A stretch of 64,000 nucleotides of DNA from Eledone cirrhosa. Lineage: Eukaryota. The translations under genes were made by a program, and so were the position numbers. Location: positions 67,790 to 131,789 of the forward strand of contig CAXHJY010000021.1 in NCBI GenBank assembly GCA_964016885.1, given 5' to 3'. Under the pieces are notes generated by a model that was given only the letters and a program-made list of their open reading frames with translations, made no database searches and had not been told where the DNA came from. Of this stretch, positions 1 through 16,281 are shown one piece after another (within the stretch, counting starts at the first letter, position 1; each line of letters begins with the position of its first letter).

Positions 1-31
1 AAAAATATGGCATGCCTTCGTCAGATAAAAT
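1..31 (-). ncRNA. Partial hammerhead ribozyme, cut by the window edge
   Basis: Minus strand reads tattttat-CTGACGA-aggcatgccatattttt, identical to the copy at 3834-3899. Confidence 0.7.
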
Positions 32-1446
32 ACAATATATAAACAGTTTTATAAATAATTTTGACGTACCATATTATAAGCGACCATTAAATTAGGAAGC
101 TGTCTGGGTAGTGATTTGTTTATAAATATTTAGTTATAGTGTTAAGCACAGTTAGAAAAAAACGGAGAGAAAGAAAAAACTGGAGATACAGAAAAAACGG
201 AGAGAGAGAGAGGGGCGAGGAAAGGGAGAGAGAGAAAAAATATAAATATATAGGAGGAAGTGAAAGAGAAACAAGAGAGAAATAGGAGAGGCAAACGAAA
301 GTGATAGATACATAATAATTCATCATGCACAAAGACAAACTCAAGAGAGAGGAGAAAGTGCTATATAGAGAGAGGGGAGAAAGTGCTATATAGAGAGAGA
401 AGGATACAGTTACATCTTTACATCATGTCATATCAATTTTAATTATCAATTCATATGAAATGGATAATAAGAATGCAAATATCAATATTCATGGATGAGA
501 CATAGATATATAATATGAGAAAATAACATTGTTCAATAATGACCATATGTTTAGTTTAAAACTCTGAGGTCAATATACCAAAATCTGAGATAAAACCTTC
601 AAAAAATTACCCTATTTATAAAAATACGGAAATATATATGTATATATATATACACGTATATGTACTTTCTGAGAAAAGAAAAAAGAGAAAATTATGTCTA
701 ACTCTAGTCAATAATATAGACATACACATGACTTCACCTGATCAACTTTATAATTTCTTGTGTCATACAAAAAATTTCTTGTGTTATAAAAATTTCATTG
801 TATATATACATAAATATACGATTAATATTCATTTTCTCACATATATGATTACCGTTTATGTATTTAATATTATGCATATCTGTAACACATACAAAACCAT
901 ACCTATATATATGTATATATAAAATCTGTGTGAGTTTTCCAGCATCTCTACGCACATATACAGACACATGAACAAATAAAATAAACTCTATAAACCTTCT
1001 ATATGCATGTTAATACACATATGGCCTTTGTATAGAGATAATCAAATATCAATATATCAGCACAGAAGCATCAAAACATTAAAATACTTTCAACACATTA
1101 TAGAGTATCTCAGGCCAAAAACAATATGCTTCATATATTTACTATAGAAATGTACCCTTCCCATATTTCAAACAATATATTGCAAAGTTAGTTATAAGCT
1201 ATCAGAGTCAAATAACAAATAAAAACCAAAAATTATTTAAAAGATTTAGAAGACCCAGTGATTCTACGGATGCCCTTATATTTAGTATAGAAATTTATCT
1301 TGCGTAAAATTTATTTAATACATTGGGAGCATATACACTTTAGAGTAGTTTATTACATCTTTGTTTATATTTAGGAAGAAGGTTTAAAAAGGTGAAGGAA
1401 TCAAATGATTTATCGTCAGGTTTCGTATATTAACTAAATTTCTTAA

Positions 1447-3654
1447 TTAATTATACATTTTAAATTTATATTTAAACGTTGAGTTCAATCTATGTCTGCA
1501 GCAACTGAATAAATTGCTCCTTAAATTAAGGGAATTTTTGGACTTTAATATAAAGAATACCTCCTCCACACAGAGATCACATGTCTCTGATGAGGAATTA
1601 AAGGGAATTCCCTTTGAGACAATATTCCAAAACATCGAATACTCAACATTATCTCGTTTAAGTTGCCAGAGTAGGCTTGATAGCGAAGTTGAGGATTTTT
1701 TGTTTGGATCTGTGAAAGAATTCTTATGATTATTGAAGCGAAGTTTAAATTCTGTCGAGGTGGAACCAACATAGTTGAAAGAATTTAAGTTAGTTTTAAC
1801 ATTACAATTGTATACTATATTTTTAACTAAGCAATTGTTATTTAACGGACAGTTAGATTTATTTCTACAGTTACAGTTATTTAATTGAATATTGTTTGGG
1901 TTATTATTGGTATTTTGGTTAGGTTTTAAATTCCTATTATTAATTCTGTTAATATTTTGTGCTAAATTTTTGGTGGACGAGTAAGTTAATTTTATAGTAT
2001 GTCTATTAAAAATTGAATGATATTTATGTGTTCTAGGGAAGCATTTGTCAAGAGCATTAAAGAATAGTTTAGCAATATGGGTTTTAATATTTAGTGGGGG
2101 GGGGGGGGCCCAAACCATATTATATTTCTAGTTCTATTTCTTTTTCGGCTTTTGGAATTATTGTAATGTTTTCTATTATAGTTGTTAATGTTGTTACCGT
2201 AATTAAAATTATTATTTTGGTTAGTTTGCTTATTATTATCAATGTACTTAATTTTATCACTATATCCTGCTCTAGCTAACGCTTCATTGTAATACTGCGC
2301 TTTTTCATCAAAAATATTTTTATTAGATGAAATTCTTGAAATTCGTTCTTGAACAGAGTTCACTATAGTATTTTTAACAGATCTGGGGTGATTAGAGTTA
2401 AAATTGACATAATTCAAGTTCTCGTTTAGTTTGTGAAATGGATAGTGAAGACATGTGTTGAGATTTAGTGTTACATCCAGGAAATTGACTATTCTATGGT
2501 TATTCTCTATTTCTATTTTTAGATTACGGTAATTAAAAAATTTGTTTTCTTTTTCTATTTAGTTCACAGTTATTATTTTCAATAAGTAAAAGAATGTCAT
2601 CACGATATAATCCTCCGGTTACACCTGGTATTTTTCTATGCAGCGAATTAATTATAAATAGGCCCACAAGATCCGTTACCTGAGCTGAGTCAGATGATCC
2701 CATAGTTATGTCAAAATTATTATCTCTATCTGCCCTAGTCCATAGTTGGTTATTAAATTCTATCAATGTTTTCCTTGCCGATAATATAATGTGCATTTCA
2801 TTGCTAGTTAGGTCTGTATGTTTAAATGCGTAATTTAGTGCCTTATTCAGTAGATTAGGAGTGATAGATGAATAGTAGTTAGCAATATCAAGTTGAATAA
2901 ACTTATTATTATAGTTATATTTAATTTCTTTAAACCACTCAATAACCTCACCAGTCCCCTTCCATAACTTTAAGTAAGGTAAATTATGTAAGTTTTTAAT
3001 TTGCTGTATTACCCTGTCTAGAATGTTTTTGCTAAGTTTTCCCAGGTCAGATTTTGATGGTGCAATCAATCTGACTGGCAAATCATTTTCAAAATTTCTT
3101 TTGTGATCTTTCATATTGATCTTGGGTTTCCTAGGCATGAAGGGTTGTGTTTTATTCTCAATGTCTAATTCATGCATTATACAAGATGCCTCTGTATTCA
3201 TTTTTTCCAGTTCGTCCTTACTTGCTACCTTGTACTTTTTCCTTAGTTCTTTCAATATAAGGCCGTTATACATGTCCTTTTGTACTCCATAAAGGTTATT
3301 GGTTTTGTTCGATTTCACTAAGATCTCTGTTTTTTCCAAGCCTTCAATATTATCCTTAATGCATCTTAGATAGTCCTGGCCTTTGAAGTTTTTCTTGAAT
3401 TTGATTCCTTGGATGATAGAAATTATATCGTTTTCAAAATCCATTAATAGTTTGTTGGGGGGTGGATTTTTTTTGGATTTGAAAATTTTATCCAAATCTG
3501 AAACATTTTCATTTAGATTAGATTTATCAAAGTGGAAGGCACGCCACCTGATTCTTCTTATAAAAGAGTCTGATTTTTCTATTAATTGTTTAATAAAATC
3601 TTTGTTCCTAGGTAGAGGTATGTCTTTTAGAGAAGATATCTTAAAGAATTCCAT
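1447..3654 (-). pseudogene. PLE polyprotein (RT plus C-terminal GIY-YIG endonuclease), frameshifted; Hydra-clade-like
   Basis: ORFs 2533-3654, 2091-2417 and 1447-2118 read in series. RT motifs QLDIANYYSSI, ITMGSSDSAQ and LYRDD; IIWFxPP; linker CNCRNKSNC (CxCx5C); NIVY...NYVGST...R..NH (GIY-YIG-like); C-terminal CDLC...CCRH. The clade assignment is from recalled motif descriptions, not a search. Confidence 0.85.
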
Positions 3655-3833
3655 TTTTTTCAGTTATAATATAAAGCGCTCAACAATATTGGAGCAAAAA
3701 TATATGCAAAGGTTTTATTTAAAATTGTTGGGTTACAAGTAAATATTTTATAACTGATATAAAGCACTCGACAAGTTTTTGGAGTATATATACGATATTA
3801 AACAAATGGAAACTATATTTATAAAACCATATT

Positions 3834-3899
3834 TATTTCATTATACATATTTCAGGGATACCATATTAAAAATATGGCATGCCTTCGTCAGATAAAATA
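3834..3899 (-). ncRNA. Type I minimal hammerhead ribozyme (PLE-A pLTR)
   Basis: tattttat CTGACGA [stem II aggcatgccatatt/aatatggtatccct] GAAA tatgta TA atgaaata. Stem I pairs. Confidence 0.8.
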
Positions 3900-4232
3900 C
3901 AATATATAAACAGTTTTATAAACAATTTTGACGTACCATATTATAAGCGACCATTAAATTAGGAAGCTGTCTGGGTAGTGATTTGTTTATAAATATTTAG
4001 TTATAGTGTTAAGCCCAGTTAGAAAAAACGGAGAGAAAGAAGAAACGGATGCAAAGAAAAAACAGAGAAATAGAGGGGAGAGAATGAAAGGAGGAGGTGA
4101 GAAGGAACAAGGAAGAAATAAGAGAGGCAAACGAAAGCAACAGATAAATAATAATTCACCATCCATATAGAAAAACTCAAGAGAGAGGGAGTACTATATA
4201 GAGAGAGAAGGATAATAATTATTTAGTTATAT

Positions 4233-4533
4233 TTGACCGTTGTATTTGGAGGCCATCAGGATGGCCTCCAAATACAACGGTCAATTTTTAAAAGGGGTAC
4301 GTCAATGTCTATTTATAAAACTGTTATATATTGTATTTTGTCTGATGAAGGCATACCATAATGTAACTTGGTATCCTTGAAATATATATAATGAAATAAA
4401 TATAGTTTTATAAATATAGTTTCCATTTATTAATATCGTATATCTACTCCAAATATTTGTCGAGTGCTTTATATCAGTTATAAATATATTTGCTTGTTGT
4501 ATCCCAACAATTTAAATAAAACTTTTGCATATA
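4233..4533 (+). mobile_element. PLE-A-related pLTR 3' fragment with a 5' terminal 25-bp perfect hairpin
   Basis: Diverged inverted homolog of 3703-3940. Hairpin arms are 4233-4257 and 4260-4284. It ends directly in (TA)n. Confidence 0.8.
4334..4398 (+). ncRNA. Type I minimal hammerhead ribozyme
   Basis: tattttgt CTGATGA aggcatacca...tggtatcctt GAAA tatata TA atgaaata. Confidence 0.82.
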
Positions 4534-6570
<2,037 letters not shown>

Positions 6571-8649
6571 CTAAGGCGGGTAAAATTCCCGAGATCCATG
6601 GACGAGTTCTCTCCAGCGGTCTCTGTCCCTCATTATCGCTGCCATGTCCTGTGTCTCCAACAGACCAGTGTCTGTCCTTAGGGCATCAACATACGTTAAC
6701 CTTGGTCTTCCTCTTCTAGTGTGTCCATGTAGGGGCTCCCAAAGGAGCACTGAGTGCAATGTCAACTCTGGATGTCGGTGAGCATGTACTGCTAACCTCA
6801 GTCTCCTCTGTGTCACTTTTGAGCTGACTTTTGGGATGCTCCCATACAGCTCTGAGTTTTTCATCCTCAGTGTATACTGATTAATGTTCAGAGCCATGCT
6901 CAGCATTCTCGTGTAGCACCCATCCACCATCTGAGTGAGTTTCTTGGTCAGTGTCCAAGTCTCAGACCCATACAGCAGCACAGACTCCACTACAGCAATG
7001 AAGAGGCGGATTTTCAGGTCTCTTCGAAGGTCCAACTTCCACACCGATCTCAAGCTGTGGCACGCCGCCCAGGCCTTGCTCTTCCTCTCAACCACATCAT
7101 CTTCCGTAATCCCAATCTTTGCTCCCAAATACAGGAAGCCCTCAACCAATTCTAGCGGCTCCCCGCCTACATTAGTGATCCCCTCTGGCTTCTCAACATT
7201 CTCTACCAGATATTTTGTTTTAGTCTCATTTATTCTCAGCCCCACACTCATCGACACAGTCTCAACCTCCCGCATCAAATCTTCTGCCTCCTTCACTGTA
7301 TTTGTCACCAAAACTATGTCGTCGGCAAATTCAGCATCCGAAACCTTTTTCGCCCTAACTCTCCTGCTCTGAGCCGGTGCTACAGTAAAGCCAGAGTCCT
7401 GGTGTTTCTCCAGTGCAGGGCGCATACAATAGTCCACTATGATGATAAAAAGGTAGGGAGCCAATGTATCTCCCTGGAGCACTCCAGCCAGTATCTCAAA
7501 GAACTCTGTCATCCCATCAGGTGTAATGACTTGGGCTTTGGTGGTGGTGTCGAGCAGTGATATCAGGTCCACTATTTTCTTGGGGATTCCATAAGCCTGT
7601 AAGATCATCAGGCAGTAACGGTCCACAGAATCAAAGGCCTTCCTAAAGTCAATGAAAACCATGACCGCAGGAAGGCACTTTGCTCTAGCTCCCTCTAATA
7701 TCCTCCTCAGCATCAGGATGCGACTGGTGGTTGATCTACCCTCTCTGAAGCTGTTCTGGTTGTCCCTGAGCTTCTTCTCCATCTCAGGCTGGATCCTGTT
7801 AAGAATCATCCTGTTGAGGGTCTTTGCCACAAGTGACGTCAGTGAGATCCCCCTGTAGTTGTTGGTGTTAGAGAGATCTCGCTTCTTTGGCACTGGGACG
7901 ATGTTACTGATCCTCCACTGATTCGGGGCAACTCCTTTCTCCAGTGCCCCGTTACAGAACCCCAGGATGATATCATCAAAATCACACCTCTTCATCACCT
8001 CTGATGCCACTCCATCTTCTCCATGAGCCTTGCCCTCCTTGATCCTCTTCTTGGCTCTCTGAAGCTCCTCTCTGGTGAAGGGCTCTGTCTCAACATCCAG
8101 TTCCTCAAACAGCCGCCTGATCTCCCCAGTGCTCTGGGCTGTGGAGCGTGGCTCTCCTAGTAGGGTCCTAAAATGGTCTAGCCATTTCCTCTTCCTATCC
8201 TCGGGCCCCGTTCCCTGGATTTGACTCGAACACCTTCTCTTCCTCCCTGTGATCTCGTTGATGATCATCCAGCTCTCCTTACATCCAGATCTGTCAACCG
8301 CTCTCTCCACACTTCTGATCTTCTCTATCAGTGCCTCCTCTCTGACGTCAGTGTAAGCGGTACAGAGCTCTTCCCTCATCACCTCCACAGTCTCCATCCT
8401 CTCCTCCGTAGGATCAGCATAGAATTGGTCCTTGGCAGCTTTCAGGTGTTCTCTGGCTGCACACACTTTTGGGTTTGCAGAGCTGACGTGCTTCCCTTTG
8501 TTCTTTTTCCTCGGCACCAAGGTTTCACTTGCTTCCGCCACTGCATTGGTGAAGTGCCCGTACCTCCTCGTCCCACTCTCCTCAGTCCATCCAATCTCTC
8601 TCTCCTCTGACTCTCCACACAGAGCACTAAACCTGTTTCTCATTTCCAC
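6571..8649 (-). CDS. RTE ORF2 reverse transcriptase portion (692 aa; upstream APE portion frameshifted)
   Basis: RT motifs as above plus C-terminal RGRPRLTY. The stop codon abuts the TA tract. Confidence 0.85.
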   Translation of the reverse strand: MEMRNRFSALCGESEEREIGWTEESGTRRYGHFTNAVAEASETLVPRKKNKGKHVSSANPKVCAAREHLKAAKDQFYADPTEERMETVEVMREELCTAYTDVREEALIEKIRSVERAVDRSGCKESWMIINEITGRKRRCSSQIQGTGPEDRKRKWLDHFRTLLGEPRSTAQSTGEIRRLFEELDVETEPFTREELQRAKKRIKEGKAHGEDGVASEVMKRCDFDDIILGFCNGALEKGVAPNQWRISNIVPVPKKRDLSNTNNYRGISLTSLVAKTLNRMILNRIQPEMEKKLRDNQNSFREGRSTTSRILMLRRILEGARAKCLPAVMVFIDFRKAFDSVDRYCLMILQAYGIPKKIVDLISLLDTTTKAQVITPDGMTEFFEILAGVLQGDTLAPYLFIIIVDYCMRPALEKHQDSGFTVAPAQSRRVRAKKVSDAEFADDIVLVTNTVKEAEDLMREVETVSMSVGLRINETKTKYLVENVEKPEGITNVGGEPLELVEGFLYLGAKIGITEDDVVERKSKAWAACHSLRSVWKLDLRRDLKIRLFIAVVESVLLYGSETWTLTKKLTQMVDGCYTRMLSMALNINQYTLRMKNSELYGSIPKVSSKVTQRRLRLAVHAHRHPELTLHSVLLWEPLHGHTRRGRPRLTYVDALRTDTGLLETQDMAAIMRDRDRWRELVHGSREFYPP

Positions 8650-9874
8650 TGTGAACCTCTCCTGTAGCTTATCATCTTCCTTGAAAGCTCCCCAGTCATA
8701 GATTGCTCTCCGGGCCGAGCCTTGCTCTTTCTTAAGCTCACCCGGACCTCACTCATAACAAGCCGGTGGTCACTACCCAGTGTACTGAAATAGTTGTATG
8801 GTTCTGTGTTCAGAACACTATTCCGAAACTTTTTCCTCACCAGAATGAAATCGATCTGGGACTTGGACAGGTGCATATCTGAGATGTAGGTCCACATCTT
8901 CCCCAGATTCTTCCTAAACCTTAGGTAGGTCGCCATCAAGTTCGCCTCCAGCAGGGTGTCTCTCAGTAGTCTTCCATTTCGGTTGGTGTTGTTATGGAAG
9001 TACCAGCAAGGATCTTCACTGCCCTCCTTACTCAGATGTGCATTGAAGTCCCCAAAACAAGCAGGATATTGAGTGCCTGAGTGGTGTTGACAGCTCTACA
9101 CACCTCCTCATGGAACTCTTACGCACTCACATCACTGTCCTGGGTATGAGATTAAACTACATCCAGTGGCAAGGCTCCAGTTCGGGAGTTCAGGAGTTGT
9201 GGGGAATGTGGAGTTACCCCTTAGTTGTCTTGACTCCCAGGTCTGCCCTGGCCCGGGGTAGTAGTACCTGTTAGGGCTCTATTTATGGGTTAAATAACTA
9301 CCTTATTCGAGTGGCGCCGGTAAGGTATTGTCAGCCATTGAAAAGAAATATGGAGAGTCGATCTAACAGCACTAGGGTTAGAGCCCCTAATTACACTGTC
9401 AAGGAGCAGCCTGGTCGTTATGACTCTGCTGGCTTAGAGCCACAGAGAGCGCCAGTGGATGATGGATCAGCTGTCTCTGAGACAAATATAAAGAATGCAG
9501 TTTTGTCCTGCAGAAGAGCCATCAAAATGGGCACTTTGAATGTGAGGACTATTCGGACGCTGGAGAAGAGAGAGGAGTTGGGACATCTGTTCGGGGAGAG
9601 GAGTATACAGATACTTGCGATCCAAGAACACAGGATCCTACACGATGAGCCCGTGAGGAGTGTGATGATCGAGAAGAGGAGCCAGCTCATCACTACATCG
9701 GCAGTGAAGAACACAACAAATGCTGCAGTAGGAGGAGTGGGTTTTGTGTTCAGTGCAAAACCAATCTGTTGGTGAGGGAAATAATGCCTATCTCCCCGCG
9801 AGTGTTGAGGGTGACCTTCAATGAAAACCCAAGACTGACAGTCATCTCAGCCTATAGTCCAACCGAGGAGGACA

Positions 9875-9879
<5 letters not shown>
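6571..9879 (-). mobile_element. RTE-clade LINE (family D, no PHD insert) with a 5' inversion: 3' part on the minus strand at 6571-9141, 5' part on the plus strand at 9142-9879
   Basis: Minus strand: APE C-terminal part (GDFNAH, SDH) and RT (NYRGISL, DFRKAFD, GVLQGD, FADD, FLYLG). Plus strand: APE N-terminus (GTLNVRT, QEHR, SAYSPT). The two halves overlap by aggacagtgat. Confidence 0.9.
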
Positions 9880-9962
<83 letters not shown>

Positions 9963-10240
9963 AATATAAATATATATATATATATAGAGATAAATATAAA
10001 TATATATATAGATATAAAAATAAATGAATATATATATATATATATAAATAAATATATATATAAATAAATATATATATATATATAAATAAATATATATATA
10101 TATAAATAAATATATATATATATATAAATAAATATATATATATATATATATATAAATAATAAATATAAATATATATAAATAAATATAAATATTTAATATA
10201 TATATATAAATAAATATAAATATTTAATATATATATATAT

Positions 10241-10292
<52 letters not shown>

Positions 10293-10306
10293 ATATATAT
10301 ATATAT

Positions 10307-10528
10307 CAACCTCATTTACAGTGAGTGCTGGGTGATTTTTTACCGTGGCACCTCCACAACCACTTTACAGTGGAATGATAGGGACTGGGGTCTATCATTC
10401 CACTGCATTTCTACTGGAGCAATGTGAAATAAAGTGTCTTGCTCAAGGAAACAACACATCACCCGGTCTGATAATTGAACTCACAACCTTTCGATTGCAA
10501 GGCCAATGCTCTAACCATGTGCCTCCAT
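10307..10528 (-). mobile_element. tRNA-derived SINE, 3'-truncated copy
   Basis: Homologous to 10569-10904. Has A/B-box-like head but lacks the RTE tail. Confidence 0.75.
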
Positions 10529-10568
10529 GTATATATTTATATTTATATATATATATTTATATATATAT

Positions 10569-10904
10569 CATCATCATAATTTCATTTTACGTGCACTTTT
10601 CCCTGCTTGCAAGGGTGGGACGGGAACTGATTCTGGCTTGATTTCTACAGCTGGATGCCCTTCCTAACACCAACATCATTTACAGTGAGTGCTGGGTGCT
10701 TTTTTGCCGTGGCACCTCCACGACCACTTTGCAATGGAATGATATGGACCCCAGTCCGTATCATCTCATTTCTACAGCTGAGTAAACTGGAGCAATGTGA
10801 AATAAAGTGTCTTGCTCAAGGAAACAACACATCACCCGGTCTGAGGATTGAACTCACAACCTTTCGATTGCAAGGCCAATGCTCTAACCACATATATGCC
10901 TCCA
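10569..10904 (-). mobile_element. tRNA-derived SINE with RTE-type 3' tail and (GAT)n end
   Basis: Minus strand: tggttagagc (A box), gagttcaatcc (B box), ccttgagcaagacacttta central domain, tggtgttaggaagggcatcca module, and tail cccgtcccacccttgcaagcagggaaaag identical to the RTE-C 3' end near 19480. Confidence 0.85.
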
Positions 10905-10912
10905 TATATATA

Positions 10913-11099
<187 letters not shown>

Positions 11100-11138
11100 A
11101 TATTTATATATTTATATATATATATATATATATTTATA

Positions 11139-11256
<118 letters not shown>

Positions 11257-11288
11257 ATATATATATATTTATATAATATATTTATATT

Positions 11289-14020
<2,732 letters not shown>

Positions 14021-14021
14021 T

Positions 14022-14964
14022 GTAGATAAATCTACCAAGAGTTTACGGTAGTGTCCAATCCGTATGAAGAACTCAATGTAATCCGGATATCATGGAAAGA
14101 AGAGATGCAATGAAAAATCACTTTCGGTGAAAGATAAACGGAATACAGAGTCAAGATAAAATATTAAAAAAATAATGAATAAAACAATGAAACAGTTCCT
14201 TATATTAAACAAAAAAAGTTCATTATTTAACGATCGTTTCTAGGATATATATGTGTTAGAATTGGCATGCATATTCAACAGATCTATGTACAAAATTATA
14301 CAAAATTATACAAACTATCAAAATTAAATATACATACCAACACATATATATGCCGTCTTCAGAAATAATGAAATATATTTATTGATAATAACAACAATTC
14401 AAAATTACAGGTCTGTTTGGGAACAGAGTTCAAATTGACCAATGAAAACACAAAAAGTTTATACAGTTAGGTGTGTGTATATATGTAAGTAACTTCGTTT
14501 ACAGATATGCATAAAAATATATGTTCAAATGCATACGCATGCCGAAAAGATGTATGTAAATACAAAAATTCAGGGCTAATGTCTCTGTATGTTTATAATC
14601 TACAGATAAAATACATATACGCATATAAACATATAAATATAAAAATAAATATATACACATTCATATACTCACACATATACATACATTCACACACACGCGC
14701 GCGTATACGCATAAACATACACACAACCACGAACATACATACACACACACACACCCACACACATATATGTGTATATACTATTATCATAAGCATATGGACA
14801 TTAATGCGCGCACATAAACACTGCCACACATATTTAGATCCAGATACAGAAAGTAGGTGGGGGGGGGGGGGTCAGTATTTACTGGTGTCAGCAAACTGCC
14901 TATTTATAAATGTATCTATAAATTTAGAAATAAAAAGAAAAAGAAAAAAGAAAAATATCAAGAA

Positions 14965-14995
<31 letters not shown>

Positions 14996-15055
14996 TATAA
15001 ACAAGTAAAATATAAAATATACATCGATATACATACACATATATATATATATATA
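14022..15055 (-). mobile_element. PLE family B 3' end/pLTR (full tail)
   Basis: Same terminus (gtagataaatctacc...) as 47537, which is linked to a GIY-YIG C-terminal fragment. Contains a hammerhead. Confidence 0.8.
14219..14372 (-). ncRNA. Type I hammerhead ribozyme with extended stem II (family B)
   Basis: ttcattattt CTGAAGA [about 115-nt hairpin] GAAAC gatc GTT aaataatgaa, with a 10-bp perfect stem I. Confidence 0.82.
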
Positions 15056-15101
15056 TATATTACAGTCCCTCTGTGTTTAATGTATGTTCATTAGTATATG
15101 T

Positions 15102-15410
15102 GTTGTTATTTCTGCTTGCATTTTGCATATATACATATATATATCTATATATATGCTTGCGTGGACCCCTCTCAAAAATTCGTTGGATTTTCTAATTGGA
15201 TACCCTAACACTGGATACCAACACTGAATACACCTGAACTTCTACCAGGAAATCTTTCGTTGTCATTTCTGCTTGCATTTTACATATATAGATATATATA
15301 TCAATGGTTGCGTGGACCCCTCTTAAAGATTCGTTGGATTTTCTAATTGGATACCCCGAAACTGGATACCAATTACTGAATACACCTGAACTTCTACCAG
15401 GAAATCTTTC
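15102..15410. repeat. Two tandem copies of an approximately 157-bp unit upstream of RTE-C
   Basis: gttgtYatttctgcttgc...ccaggaaatctttc at 15102-15258 and 15259-15410. Confidence 0.85.
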
Positions 15411-16250
15411 ATATCAGTGAAAATTTTCTTTTCTTTGCTTCATATATATTATATATACTTGGCCGCCATTGCAAAAGGCCATAAATTCAAAATTTTGAAG
15501 AGAGAGGAAAAGAGAGAAGTGATCTATGAACTTGTAACATCTCACTGACCCCCCCGTCACCACAATAACAATAACGCCTACACTCGCTCCCCACCATCAC
15601 CACATTACTCTAAAGTCGCTGTCCTGTCCCCTGTTGACTTACTGCTGACTCTCTTTTGATGTATGTATGTGTATATACATATGTGTATGTGTGTGTATAT
15701 GTATATCTCAGTGGAGCGACCAGATTTCAACACAGCAACAACTACAACAACAACAGCAGCAACACCAACAACAACAACAACAACAGCAACAACACCATCG
15801 TCTGTGTTGAATGTGTGTGTATGTATTTGTATATATGCGACAGCAATAACAGCATCAACACCATTGTCTGCAGCAACAGCAGCAGTGAAATGAAGGACAA
15901 CAACAACAGTAACAACTACAATAACAACTACAGCACCAACAACTGCCACCACCATCACTGACCATCCACCACCACCACACTGACACCATCCACCACCGCC
16001 ATTACCAGCGTAAACAAACAATTATTATTGTTATTGTTATTATATACAAGCCGAACTGGACTGGGAAAGGTCAACAGTTGACATGATAGTGATTTTGACT
16101 TTGATTTTGATTTTGTATCAGTACTGTCGGTAATATATGTATATATATATATGTTTGTGAGTGGTGTGCGTGATTGTATGCATGAATGAGTGTTGGTATG
16201 TGTGGTTGTGGTTTGTATGCATGAGTATTAGTGTGTGAGTCGTGTCAATA

Positions 16251-16281
<31 letters not shown>

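Larger units (their letters stand above)
1..4215 (-). mobile_element. Penelope-like retroelement (PLE family A), near full-length, bounded by direct pLTRs (5' pLTR about 3703-4215; 3' pLTR about 415 to beyond the window start)
   Basis: 1-415 is a direct repeat of about 3869-4215. Both repeats contain a hammerhead core. Between them lies an RT plus GIY-YIG reading frame followed by a long AT-rich 3' UTR. Confidence 0.9.

Noticed and set aside
10830-10904. tRNA gene
   Set aside because: Only A/B-box remnants forming a SINE head, with no full cloverleaf.
15605-16021. Val/Thr/Asn-rich ORFs
   Set aside because: Products of (CAA/CAG/CAC)n simple repeats.
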